A DNA stretch of 64,000 nt, from assembly GCF_009914755.1 (NCBI RefSeq), contig NC_060938.1; one strand, given 5' to 3'. The stretch's first letter is position 1. The number at the start of each line of letters is the position of its first letter. Positions 42,308-56,801 of this stretch are shown here, piece by piece. The position numbers and the translations under genes are program-made. This DNA comes from the human T2T-CHM13v2.0 reference genome, Homo sapiens. The notes under the pieces are model-generated. The model saw nothing but the letters and a program-made list of their open reading frames with translations. It made no database searches and was not told where the DNA came from.

Positions 42308-43353
42308 GTACACCTCTTTGTATCACAAGGAAGTTTTCATAAAATGATGGTTCTATAGTATGTTAATAATTTAAGAATATTCAAGTAGTCAAGTAAAATT
42401 ATATTCAATGCAGTTAAGAAAGATGTCCATACAGCTGAGTGACTCAGATCTTTATATGCTGATATGCAACGTACTCCTTCAGGGGGGAATAGAATACACA
42501 GTGTTCTTAAATGTTTCTGAATGTTAAGCTCCTCTTCAGAGTTTAGGTTGGAGGATTAATTGGAAGCTGTGAGGCTATTCCTATGATATATTAAACATTT
42601 GACCAATTCCAGAAAAAGAAGTCGTTCAAATAAATCTTTACCTTATTTCTTCTGACTGACCCAACGTGTTAACTGACTTTAAGGATTCATCTCCGATGTC
42701 TCTCATGTTTAAGAAAGTCAACTTTTTCTGTTAGTTTGCCTCTTTCATCACAGAGCTATTTCCATGATCAGAGTTCCTTGGTTCGCGGGCAATATTAAAA
42801 TTTTATCCCAAACTATATATGTGTACATCATTTCCCAATAAGATCTGAAATAATATTTATAAAAACTCCAAAATTATAGAGATGTCTTTTTCAATAACTA
42901 AATCCTTTTGGCTTGGGGCTAGGGTTAGACAATCTTTTCCTTGATTTCTCTACTGTTAATATTGTATCTTTTAATAGAAAACTCACTTTGACATTTTAAC
43001 TGCAAATGAGCTGCCTAAGAACCAATATCATGGTTTCATCTTCTGGTCATGGATGTGGAATGCCGTAGGTACCTCCTAATGATTAGTTATCCAAATCTCA
43101 AGTGTATGTTGTCTTGCCTATTATTTTTTCCAATGTTTACCTTGAAACCATTCCATGTATTTTTAATGTTCTTAAGTGAGGAATATGTATAATCACTGTA
43201 CTTTTCATTGCAGTTTGTACCTTTGAATAGTAGAAGAGAAACTGGACTGAAAACTAGGAGGTTTTCATTAGTTATAGTTTCAGATAAGTGGCAAATCAAT
43301 ACATCGTATTATGGCAAGATATTTTGGAAATTTGAATAAAATATCTATTTTGA

Positions 43354-43660
<307 letters not shown>

Positions 43661-45454
43661 TCGACACTATAAATTTTAAAAAAATGAGTGGGTCTATTTA
43701 ATCTGTGATGGGCACACTTACTTTTTGCAGATGAAGCTTCATTTGAGATCTTGAGATCACTTTCGGGTATGCAGAGGAATTAGAGTATTCTATTTCTTAT
43801 TCCCCTACATTTTTCGCCTTTCTCTCATTCACTGCATGATATGATTGACTTAAATAGAAACAACAAACAGTCATAGAATTTTGCTGTAAATTCTTTATTC
43901 TGACAATAATTATGTGTGTTTTGAGTCTACTGATTTTTCTCTTCCTTTCCTAATATGGTAACTTATTTAAATAGAAAATATGGATTACAGACCATAGACT
44001 ATTTATTTTGAATTTTTCAGGGCATAATATAGTTTTTGGCAAACAGAGAATTCACTGGATGAAAAAAATAGTTTGTTAGGGTTTATAACATTGTCCCCTC
44101 TGTCATGTGTTAAAAAAGAAAGAAAATGCTACTAAACAGGGAAAAATAGTCCAGTATCACTCACTGTATGTAACATTTCCGTATTCAATATTTTACCCCC
44201 CAAATTATGAACTTTAGCAGTGAATGGAAGGAGAATGTTTAAATTGTTCAAGAGATAGTATATTATTAAAAAGGATGGCATCTGTCACTAAAACTGATTA
44301 CTTAATAAAAATATCAATGGTAATGAATAAAAAGACTCTCCAAAACTAAACTACTGAGTTGCAAATCCTTATTTGAATATTTGGAGCTCGAGTCAATGAT
44401 GAGAGGAATCATGATATTGGCATGTTATATGCTGAGAGATTTTAACATGATTCATAGTAGAATGCAGTGCCCCAGATGATGAAATGATTTTTTTCTAAAC
44501 ATTAATTTTGACATAAATTCATTTGAGGGATATTTTAATAATTAATTAATAAAACAAAACATTTCATAGTCATATTTTCTGTTAGTTTTTGCTTAAGAAT
44601 ATTTTGCATCAAAAATCTGTGCTTGAAGATAATTACAGTAAAGTGTTAAAAATTTATATGTAAGCATGTGAGTGCATACATGTGTAGTAAAAATGTAAAC
44701 TGCTTCTACCCAGTGTAAATCAATCATTCATTTATGCTAAAATTGCTGGTATGCTTTTTGTGTGAAAATGAATAAGCCATTCTTGATTTGGTGTTATAAT
44801 GTATTCATCTCTTGTGGGTAATAGTCTACTCTCTTTATAAAAGAGTGCTTCATAGTACATCAAAAATTGCAACAGAAGCTCTTTCTCTTGCCATTTCTAT
44901 TCTAGAAAGAAAATCATAAAACTAAAGTGATCTGTAGGCACTCGATGTCCATGTGCGACCAGAGGCAAGAGCATCACCTTGATTCATATTTAACTCATAT
45001 TATGTAATGGGAAATACTAATGGAATAAGAATAGTTGTTTGGTAGATTCTTCAATTTAGACTGATGATACTAATGTGCAGGCACACACATAACTTTCATA
45101 TCTAGTGAATTAATTCTTAATAAGAAAAGATTGATCAAAATGTTTCCACAAGATGTTGCAACATCTTTTCTAAGAGTAGATATGGTTGTAAATAATGGTG
45201 ATCTTTGGAATCAGACAAATGTTTGTTATAATATAGATTTTTATAATATTTATACATTAGCTTAATTATAACATAAACAACCATCTATAAATGCTTGCTT
45301 GCTGTATTAATCAGGGTTGTCCAGAGAGACAGAACCAATAGATTATTATATATATCATACATAATCTCCAGCTTGCAGAAGGTCTGTCATGGAACTGACC
45401 ACTGTATATATATAATCTATATATCTATATGTAGATAGATACACACACATATAT

Positions 45455-45640
45455 ATGTGTACATATACATATATATTTTATAATATATAATATACACACA
45501 TACATATATATGTATATATACATATATATCTATATGTATGTATATATGTATATATACATATATATCTATATGTATGTATATATGTATATATACATATATA
45601 TCTATATGTATGTATATATGTGTGTATATATATATGTATA
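45455..45640. repeat. (TA)/(TG)-rich repeat including about three copies of a 36-bp unit
   Basis: tatatatgtatatatacatatatatctatatgtatg repeated; appears as [12 protein letters not shown] x3 in the ORF track. Confidence 0.9.
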
Positions 45641-45908
45641 TGTGTGTGTGTATCTATATACCTACATATAGATATACAGATTATATACATATAGCGGTCT
45701 GTTCCATGACAGACCTTCTGCAAGCTGGAGACCCTGGGATGCCTGTAGCATGGCCTCAGAATCAGAGAAGCCAATAGGGTAATTCTCAGTCCAAGTTCAA
45801 AGGCCTAAGAATGCAAGGGGCCACTGGCATAAGACCCAGAGTCCCAAGGCAGAGGGCCTGGAGTTCTGATGCCCCCAAGCAGGAGGAAAAGAGTGTCTCA
45901 GCTCCAGA

Positions 45909-45912
<4 letters not shown>

Positions 45913-45957
<45 letters not shown>
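45913..45957. repeat. (GA)n microsatellite
   Basis: About 22 uninterrupted AG units. Confidence 0.97.
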
Positions 45958-45960
<3 letters not shown>

Positions 45961-46399
45961 GACCTTTTTCTGCCTTTTTTGTGCTATCCATGCCCCCAGC
46001 CAATTGGGTGGTGCCTGCCCACACTGAGGGAGGATATTTCCTACTCAGTCCACTGACTCCTGTGCCAATTTTCTCTGGAAACGCCCTCACAGAAACACTC
46101 GGAACTGATGCTCTACCAGTTCTCTAGGTAATCTTTAATCCAGTCGAGTTGACACCTAAAATTAACCATCACATTTGCCATATGTTCAATAATAAATTAA
46201 AGGTCTTGTGAACGTTATCACATAAAATCCTCAAAGGAACATTTTGAGGCCTTTCACAGATCATAAAAATGAGACAGAGAAGTATTATGTATTAGACTGT
46301 TATTGAGGAAAAAAATTAAAGTTAAACCCAGGTCAGTCCAACTGCAAAGTCTGTACTCCCCACTCTTGTGTCCTACATGCTTTCAAATTACATAAAAAT

Positions 46400-46530
46400 T
46401 TTGAGTTTGTTTTCTCATCTGTAAAATGGGAATACCATTTCTTCCATGCAAGGCTCATGTCAGGATTAGAAAGCATACATATAAAATCCTTGGCATAGTA
46501 TCTGACACATAATTATCTGTAAAACTAAAT
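46400..46530 (+). mobile_element. MIR core fragment
   Basis: ttttctcatctgtaaaatgggaata...tcaggattaga...ttggcatagtatctgacacata. Confidence 0.7.
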
Positions 46531-46949
46531 TGCAACTGCTATTACTTCTACAGATTTTGAAAAGACATTTCATTGTAAATGATTAACATGTATGATTATT
46601 ATGATTCTTTTGTGATAGCTGAATTGCCAATTTATGGTTCTTCATATTGAATGTACCATTCCTCACAGCGTTAGTAATGGCTGTTTGCCTTGTTATCTCT
46701 CTCTGCAGGTAAAAGCAAACAGTTGAGGTTTGTTCTTCCTGCAGAAAAATGGTAATATAATTAACTGAGATAATTAGTGATGTAAAAATAATAAATAGAA
46801 TAACAGATTGACTATTAAATTTGCATAAAATATAAATAAATTATAATATGTCCGTTGTAATTTTTTTTCATCACAAACTTTCTTTTTCCTTGATATTGGA
46901 ATGGGAATATCTAAAACAAAAGTGGTTCCGAATAGCAGAAAATAATTGG

Positions 46950-47250
46950 CCAATAACAATGGCTAACATTTACTAAGTGCTTATTCAGTGCCAGATTCTG
47001 TTCTAAGAACTTTTTATATGTAAACTATTTTAGAAATCATGGAAATCCCATGAAATAGGTATGTAATTACCATCTTTTAATGTATGAGAAAACTGAGGGG
47101 CATGTAAGATAAATATTAGCCGGGCATGGTGACTTATGCCTGTAATGAGAGCAATATGGCCGGACCCCGGCTCCACCAAAAAAAAAAAAAGCTAAATACT
47201 TGTTTCAAGGTTACACAAAAGATCAGGCAGAGGCTGTGTGGCCAAAGAGT
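46950..47250 (-). mobile_element. MIR interrupted by a mini-Alu
   Basis: gctaacatttactaagtgcttatt...gtgccagattctgttctaag...atgagaaaactgagg...caaggttacaca. Confidence 0.8.
47118..47190 (+). mobile_element. Internally deleted Alu monomer (about 73 bp)
   Basis: agccgggcatggtgacttatgcctgtaat fused to gcaatatggccggaccccggctccacc + A13; imperfect TSD aagataaatatt/aagctaaatact. Confidence 0.75.
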
Positions 47251-47364
47251 TCATACTTAAAAGCAAGACACAATCGAGTATGTATATTATATTGTTTTCT
47301 TGTGTTCGTGTATACTGTCCCTCTAGTATTTAGGCACGATGACTTTAATTAAGGCTAGTTGGTA

Positions 47365-47610
47365 AAATATAGCACAAAGGAATAAAACACTGACTTTTGG
47401 TATTTAAAAATGCGTAAAATGCCAGTGTTCACAAACATTAGCCATGTGACTTGAGGCTAGGCACAGCTTCTCTGACTCTCAGTCTCTGTCCTGTAAGCTG
47501 GCATGACACTATTTGTTTCTGTGGTTTGTAAAAATAATTTTCAAAGATGCCTATATTAAAGGCTGGCATAATTTGGCATGTAGAATATCCTTCACAAATG
47601 TTCAGTAAGT
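47365..47610 (+). mobile_element. MIR
   Basis: tagccatgtgacttgaggc...cttctctgactctcagtctctgtcctgtaa. Confidence 0.65.
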
Positions 47611-47979
47611 ATGAAACTAGGAGGCATCTTGAATTTTCAGTTGTAAAATATTATTCTTTTAAAGCATTTATTGTGGTTTAATCTACCTAGTTTGTTAATT
47701 GTAAAATTAGTGAATACCTTTAAGATTTCAAAGTATTAATGAAAGATATAATAGAAACAACTTTATAATATAAGGTAACATAGCCCCCCAGGAAAATATT
47801 ATAGAGGATTTGAATTCAATAAAGAAATAAATAACTTCTCTGAACTGGCTTTTCTCTTTCCTATTAAATATCAGAATAGATTTATTTTAAATTATATTTC
47901 TATTATTTAATGCTACATGGAGGTTTAAAATATAATGTTTTTTAAAAGAATGGTCACAATTCATTAAAAATACTTTTTT

Positions 47980-48180
47980 GCCATATGTAAAGTGCTTTCA
48001 TACATGCGATCATAATTTGTTCTCTGTGAAAGGTAATCTGTGAGAAGTAATATTTCCCAATTTACAGGAAAAGCACTTGAACTTCACAGAAGCAAAGCCA
48101 CCTGCTGCTAGCTACCAAGTACAGTAATCCAGGTTTAAATTCAAGATTGTCCACTGAAAGAAACTGCTGCCCAGCACCAG
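47980..48180 (-). mobile_element. MIR
   Basis: aaagtgctttcatacatgc...tttcccaatttacaggaaaagca...ccaggtttaaattcaag. Confidence 0.55.
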
Positions 48181-48999
48181 TACAGCTTTAGAAGCCCTGG
48201 ATGATTCTCGCTGATCATCTGCTGCATAGCATCTGATTCATTAAAATAATATAGATCTAGTCTCGCATTTCAAGTAGCACAGTGATTTATAATCTATCAT
48301 TAGCTAAATGTCCGACAGTGGTACTAAAAATTCATGTTGAGGCATTAACATGACTTCACAACTGGGCAATTGCATTAATGTTCAGGAACCAGAAACCAAA
48401 AGCTGCTTTCTAGTTAGTGCATCTGTTTTCAATTATGATGTTATCTGGAGGCCCAGTTCAAGCCAGTGTGCTGACCCTTTAAAAAAAAGCAAAAACAAAA
48501 CAGTGCTGTAGGTACAGCTTTCTTGAGTTACTGCTTTCTGAAATAATTTTGCTTCTATTGTTGTATAAATTTGCAATTAATTGAAGAGTCTTAAACCATG
48601 TCTACGCAGTCAAACCACACTGATGAGAGACAAGGGAACTTTCATTATTCCCAGACAGAATAACTAGTGCTTGCAGTGATGAATGATTTTGTACTAATTG
48701 CTATATTTGGCCAACATCAACAGAAGTTTTATTAAGTATGTATTAAATTTTATTTAACTGTAAGATCAACTATAAAGCTACCATATGCCCATTGGTCAGG
48801 AATGATATGTATGGAGCATACTGTCAGAATATGGGTTATGTAGCCTGTGTTAGGTTTCAGTGAGCTGCATGGTGGAATCAGGAATTTGTTGTGAAAATGT
48901 ATGAAGTTGTGCAGAAGCACAGAAAACCCAACCTCCAAAAATTCTGGTCGCAAAGAGTTGGAACTTCGCTCGGGATATTAACATGGAGTGGATAAATAC

Positions 49000-49507
49000 C
49001 TACGGAAGGCAAAACTTTACCTCTACCCTCTTAGGATCTCTGGCTGGGTCTGAGAACTAAATTCTTATAAGACAGATTAACATGAGAAAAGCATACAGAT
49101 TTTCACATGTACATGAAAACCCACCTAGGAAAATGAAGACCCAATGGAGTGGCAATACTAAATATATGTATAGTAAATTGAACAAAGAATGGTAACTGTG
49201 GAAAAAGTAACTAAAGTAACTAAATTGGGAGGCTAAAGGCAGAGTTATTTTAACAAGGTCTGGCTGTACAGAATTTTCTAGGCCTTGACTGTCTATCTCT
49301 GGTGACAAGAATGTTTCTTCCCTCCTGTTATAGGGAGTGCATCTTTCACATGGGAGTTTTCTCTAGTCTCTAGTGATGAGAATGTTTCTTTCCTCCTGGT
49401 GCCAGAGCACAGTGTCCCTTACAATTGCTTTTGTTCAAGTGCCTTTAGCTCAAAATAATCTTCATGCCACACTTGCATATTTTTGTGTGCATATTCTACC
49501 ACCTTCC
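49000..49507 (-). mobile_element. ERV1 solo LTR, MER34-family-like
   Basis: aggcaaaactttacctctaccctcttagg...agacagattaacatgagaaaagcata...ctttagctcaaaataatcttcatgcca...gcatattct. Confidence 0.75.
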
Positions 49508-49589
49508 GCTTACTCTTGAGGAGTAATTTTGAAGAGCCAGATACTCTTCAAGGTTTTTTGTCATTATATGTTAATTCTATCGACTCTAA

Positions 49590-49715
49590 AAGCAGACATT
49601 ATCATACCCATGTTATATATGGTAGCACTCAGATTTAAGAGATTTAATAACATACACATTCTCTCTGACACATAGCTGGTAGGTGTCACAGCTGGAATTT
49701 GGACTTGGATTTGGG
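49590..49715 (-). mobile_element. MIR fragment
   Basis: attatcatacccatgttatatatggtagcactcagattt...gacacatagctggtaggtgtcacagctggaattt. Confidence 0.55.
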
Positions 49716-51518
49716 CAGGAATAAATTGATGGGGAGGAAGAAATAAAGCAAAACAAAACAATCCCATCATGTTGGTATTCTTTCTGTGCTTCTCCCCGGC
49801 CCCCAACACTATGTATTTTCTTGGCTTTCAATTTTTATAAGGAAAAATTGGTGATATTTGAATATAATGTAAATGCTCCAAGAATATCATAAAGATATTA
49901 ACAGGAGGGATTCCATACTATATCAGCAAAGCCAAAAGAAATATTGGCATGAGCATGCAGTTTGGATTCTGAATTTTGCCTCTTACCAAATATATAATCT
50001 TTACCCACCTTTTTCAGACCCCCATTGTTTAATATCCCTATTCTCCTCACAGTAAATGTAAATAATGAAGCTAGTCTATTGATCTTCACATGTCTATTTT
50101 CTAGCATAATAGATGCTCTATAAATGTTCACTGAATCAATATATAAAGAGAAAATTGAATGTAAGGCTATGATTATTGATAAATAATTTTAAATAAGTTT
50201 AAGGCTCTGAGATTGTAGCATTCTTTGGCATGGTCCCAGCACTATGTCTAAGTTGTTTATAGTGTTTTGTTATAAGTCTGTGTGCTTCCTACCATAGAAA
50301 AAAAATGACCAAATATTGATGCAAATTTCTATTATACTTGACGTTTATGTATCGTAAAAATACTTAAAAACTACTAATTGTACTATAAGATTATATACTC
50401 CAGAAAATTCATACCTCACAAAGTCATTTACCAATAGGCATGCTTTTAGAATCTCTTAAGAATGTGTTCTCACTATTCTTTAGATATACTCATTTCATAT
50501 TTTCTACATATATATTTATATGTGTGCGTATAATAGCATATATATTATTTACAAGAGAAATTTAAAAGTGGTTAAACTCTTTTACCTTGTTATAAGATGC
50601 TAGTCACAATACAAACAAATTTGCAGTTTAATCTATGGTATTTAATTCATATGAAAATTCAGTTTAAATTATTTAGATAAATTTGTTCTGATGAAAATAT
50701 ATCCAACTTGAAGAACATTTACACCAAATACTGGGGAAGAATACATTTTGCTTGTAATTAATTTACTTTAAATAAAGTTTTATTGTACAACCCAGACAAT
50801 AATGTCTCAAAATAATACTTTTATTATTCTTGATGATCCATCATCACAATGATGCGTTTCTTATCGGTCAGTACTGAAAATCACTTTTCTTAGTTTGTAC
50901 ACTATGAGGATTTGAGTTCAAAGGTTATTGTTTAAATAGGTAGGATAGTTTATGTGGAACAGTTTTGCAAGTTTTCTCATAGTTTGCCATATAAAATAAT
51001 CTATTACTTATTGTTAATGTTGAACACATCTCTAATTTTAAAGCAAAATAACACTCTTGCAGTGTTCTCATGGAAATTTTAGCTCCCTGCTCCCCACCCG
51101 AGGAAAATATACACACACAGATGTAACTACTTACCCACACATTTTCAAGTTTATAAGTATCCTTAAACTTATCCATGGATCTCAGGTAAATACTTGTTTT
51201 CAAGTAAATAATTAAAAGGATTTTGCTTCTGAACAAATATCTAGCATTGTGCTATGTAGTGAAATGGATCTGGGATAAATATGAGGGCTTATTCCTGCGG
51301 TTTTGGAGGTCATGGCTAGAGTTACATATAAATAATGCAAAAAAACAGCAGATAAAACTCATTTAGAGAGAAATATTAAAGATCAATAATACATTTGCAG
51401 GAAAAATATTGGTTAAATGAATGAGTGAATACATTAGTCAATAGGAAAGATCAAAAAGCAGAAAAATAAAAAATTCCTTATAGAAAAAGGAACGCATGAC
51501 CAGTATTAAAAGATTCTC

Positions 51519-51845
<327 letters not shown>

Positions 51846-52790
51846 TCATAATTAAAGAAATCAAAATATTACAAAAAGAGTCGCCATTTCTTTTCTATCC
51901 ATTTGGCAAGGGTTAAAAAGTTTATTACCTGCTCAGGAGGAAATAGAAGAGCAATTTTATATAATATTAAAATTGTATAAAATTTGAAATTTAATTTTGT
52001 GTTAAATGTTGCATTAAAGTGTATATTGTATTGTATTAACATTTACCACTTCCTCTTTCTCTTTCCCTGTTTTTTCTTCCAACCTAATCCCTTATGATTA
52101 GTTAGTCCTATAGTTTTTAGGGAGACACTACAAGTTAGATGTTCACACAGGGGATGAGAGGCTGCTTTGGCTCAGCAAGAGGTGACAATCTAAGCAGGGT
52201 GAGGAGGACATCCCTACAGAAGAAGCAGTGGTGGCTGAGCTTTGCTTGGTGTCAAAACCCAAGTGAGGATGAGGAAGGCATCTGCGTGCAGGAAGGAGGG
52301 TAGTAAATATATCACGAATGATAGAGCCAGTGAAATATGTTACAAATACAGAAAGGGAGTAATATAAAAGGAAACGTTGTGTTGGATAAGAACTGCTTGT
52401 ATGTATAAAAATGCATAGTTTTCAATATACAGAGGTAGAGAAATAAATACAGTTGGGGAAACATAAAAATAAATGTCATGCAAAAGATTTAGGTAGAAAT
52501 AGATAAGTTTATATGGACAAGCACATATAACATTGCTCTTCCCTTTAACAGGTCTGAGAAGCAGTGATACTTCAACAGCAATGATGATACCTAGCTCCAC
52601 ATTTTAGCTTTAAGGTACCAATCTCCACTAAAAGGTTCCAGGATTTTTTGGAGAAATTGCCTATTCCAGGAATGCAAAGGGAAAATGCAAAAGCTCAGGA
52701 CTTTTTGGGTCAGAAAGCAAGGAAGTGTTTAAGAAATAAGGGAAGCAAAGAAAGTGTGACAGGCTAAAACACTTACAGATTATAGCCTAC

Positions 52791-52860
52791 TTTATTAGTT
52801 AGGGTTCTTCAAAGAGACAGAACCAATAAGGGAGAGAGAGAGAAAGTGGGAGGGAGAGAT

Positions 52861-52907
<47 letters not shown>

Positions 52908-53467
52908 GATAGATAGACAGACAGACAGACAGATGAGAGAGTATTTATTTGGAGAACTGGTTTATGTTATCATGGAGGCTGAGAAGTCCATGATGGACCA
53001 TCCACAAGCTGAAGATGCTGAGATGCTGGTAGTGAGGCTCAGTCCAAGTCCAAAAGCCTTGGAACCAAGGAAGCCAATGGTGTAACTCTCAGTCTGAGAC
53101 CTAAGGCCTGAGAACCCTGGGCAGTGGCTGGGGAGCGTATAAGTTCTGGAGTCCAGAAGTCAGGAGCCTAGAGTTGTCCAAGAACAGGAGAGGAAGAGCG
53201 TATCCAAGCTCCAGCAGATAGATAGACATGTTCATCTTTTCTCTCTTTGTTGTTGTTGTTGTTTGTTTGTTTGTTTTCTCCAGGTTCCCAGCAGATGGGA
53301 TGTGCCCAATGACATGGAGAGTAGATTTTCTCCCACTTAGTCCACTCAGACTCACATACTAATCTCCTCTGGAAACACCCTCTCAGATACACTCCAAAAT
53401 AATGCTTTATCAGGTTTCTAGGTATTCCTTAAACTAGTCAAGTTGGCACCTAAAATTAACCATCCCA
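52791..53467 (-). mobile_element. ERVL solo LTR, MLT2B type
   Basis: tattagttagggttcttcaaagagacagaaccaata ... caagttggcacctaaaattaaccatccca; flanks cctac/tctac. Confidence 0.9.
52857..52934. repeat. (GATA)n(GACA)n microsatellite
   Basis: gatagataga... followed by gacagacagac. Confidence 0.96.
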
Positions 53468-54811
53468 TCTACTAAATAAAATAAGAAACCCTGAACCCAA
53501 TAAAATAAGTTATAAACTAACAGAAATATTGATGAGGAATAGAATAATTAAATGGTTTCAAAGGAACACATTTCAAAGTAGAAAAATCAAAGAAAAATAA
53601 AGGTACTATACAATGAAGAAGGCTGGAAAATCACTTAACAAATAATTAAAGTGGACATTATCAATAATTGCACAAATCAGAAATGTGAACCAATTGAAAG
53701 GAAACCATGAAAAGAAACTGCATGACCTACCAAAGGCACATGAACTAAATCTAATCATGAGAAAACTTCACACAAACTAAATTGAAGAACATTCCACAAA
53801 ATACCAACTGTCCACTGTCTAAAGCATCAAGATCATAAAAGTCAAGAAAAACTAAGAAACTATTTGAGACTGGAGAAGACTAAGAAAGATACGAAATAAA
53901 TGTAAATGTAATTTTGATCTGGATATTTTCATTGTATAAAGGAAATTAAAGAGACAGCAGTTAAAACTTGCAAAGAGTCTGAGATTTAGGGGGAAGAAAT
54001 GTATCAATGCTACGTTCCTTTGTTTTCATGGTTTTACTCTGGTTATGTCTGAGAATGTCTTTGTAGGGAGCATATGCTATAATACACAGAGTGGTGAAGA
54101 TCAGGAAACTAACTTACTCTCAATTTTAGAAAACAAGATTCTTTTATGTTCTTGCAATTTTTCTATACATTTGAGATTGCTTCAACATTTTGAAAAATAA
54201 AACAACTGTTTATACACTTCAACTTAGTAATATTACAGCAAATAATTTATACCAAATAAACACTGTCAATAGTGTTTAAGATTATACACACACATACAAA
54301 TGCATACATATCATAACATTTGAGATTGCGATTTATGTGCTAGGTTGCAGAACTGTGTAAACTATAGTTTTTAAATAAAATTAGGGGCTGTAATACATCA
54401 CAGCATAAAATATTAAATTTTTTTATAGTGACATATGATTACAAATAATTTTGAACTTTAAATTTTAGAGTATTTCTGTAAATGCCAATCATGTTTAAAA
54501 TTACAACTAGCATTATACTTGTAAATTTAATATTATAAATACCTGCTTCTCCTTTTTTAAGGTGTAGTTTTTATCAGACCAACTCTCCCACCAGAAATAA
54601 TTATATAAACATGGATAAAATTTTACAGTGGCTGTTTAAAAGCACCATAGAGCATTTGAGTCAGTTTGCACTTGTGGAGCTAAGAATAAAGTTGTAAATT
54701 ACCAACTGCTTTGGAAAACTGAGAGTATCTACTAAACATGAAGGTATGCCTATTCTATTGCCTAGCAATTCTGCTGCTAGGATAAGGCGTACAGTAAAAA
54801 TACTTGCCTAT

Positions 54812-55150
54812 TGTGATAGTCCATTTTCACACTGCTGATAAAGACATACCGAGACTGGAAAGAAAAAAGAGATTTCATCGGACTTACAGTTCCACATGGC
54901 TGGAGAGGCCTCAGAATCATGATGAGAGGTGAAAGGCACTTCTTACATGGCAGGGGCAAGAGAAAATGAGGAAGAAGCAAAAGCAGAAACCCCTGATAAA
55001 ACCATCAGCTCTCATGAGACTTATTCGCTATCCCGAGAATAGCATGGGAAAGACCAGCCCCCATGATTCAATTACCTCCCCCTGGGTCCCTCCCACAACA
55101 TATAGGAATTCAAGTTGAGATTTGGGTGGGGACACAGCCAAACCATATTA
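54812..55150 (-). mobile_element. MaLR solo LTR THE1 (B/C type)
   Basis: agtccattttcacactgctgataaagacatacc ... gagatttgggtggggacacagccaaaccatatta; perfect 5-bp TSD cctat (54807-54811, 55151-55155). Confidence 0.95.
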
Positions 55151-55289
55151 CCTATGGATACCAAAGCTGTGTAAAAATAGTCGTACATGCATTATTCCTA
55201 ATAGCAAAAACTCAGAAACAACTCAAATATTCCTCAGCAAAAATAGGTCATGCAATGCAATAATATAAAGCAATTAAAAACAATAAACC

Positions 55290-56010
<721 letters not shown>

Positions 56011-56484
56011 TAATAGTTAAACTGTTAAACTCATAGTGATAATAATGTTAAAATTATGTTATATAGTCACTCAAATAATTTTAATCAATGTTAAATGTTC
56101 AAATTTCCAGAAAGATTTGAAATAACTCACTGAAGAGAAAGAATTATGAAAATGCTCTCTCAAAACCACAACTGGTATTGCAAATTATATTCCTAAATCA
56201 TCATCACTTGCATGTAATCAATATGATTTTAGTGAAAGAGGAAAACAGAGTTCAATAGAGTAAAAATCATAAGCTAAGATTTTTGTTAATGCCCAAATGT
56301 AATTGAGAAATAATCATTTGTATACTCAATACCTTAATCCCTATTGTAGACTTTTTTTTAAGCCATTAAGATAATTAAGTCTTAACCTGGTAGGGCCATA
56401 GTCTACTGCTAGATAAAAACATGCAAACAGTGGAAAAGAAGAACAAACAAGAATAGATAAATGGCTTTGTCATTTGTTTAATGA

Positions 56485-56801
<317 letters not shown>

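Larger units (their letters stand above)
45303..46173 (-). mobile_element. ERVL solo LTR, MLT2B type, with internal inverted duplication, TA-rich repeat and (GA)n
   Basis: tgtattaatcagggttgtccagagagacagaaccaatag ... gttgacacctaaaattaaccatcaca; flanks cttgc/tttgc. Confidence 0.9.
52110..54200 (+). mobile_element. L1MC/MD-type 3' UTR, split by an MLT2 LTR
   Basis: ggtctgagaagcagtgatac...tctccactaaaagg...tcagaaagcaaggaagtg; ctaaatctaatcatgagaaaac...aaattgaagaacattccacaaaatac; atttgagattgcttcaa. Confidence 0.75.

Noticed and set aside
42435-42447. AP-1 site TGACTCA in the palindrome ctgagtgactcag
   Set aside because: A single 7-mer is expected several times by chance in 64 kb
45478-45777. Repetitive ORFs and a 36-bp repeat superficially like a CRISPR array
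   Set aside because: Low-complexity TA/TG tandem repeat with no unique spacers, in a primate genome
48860-49000. GC-richer stretch that looked like a coding exon or integrase remnant
   Set aside because: Stops in the frames I checked within about 40 codons, no donor site and no recognisable motif
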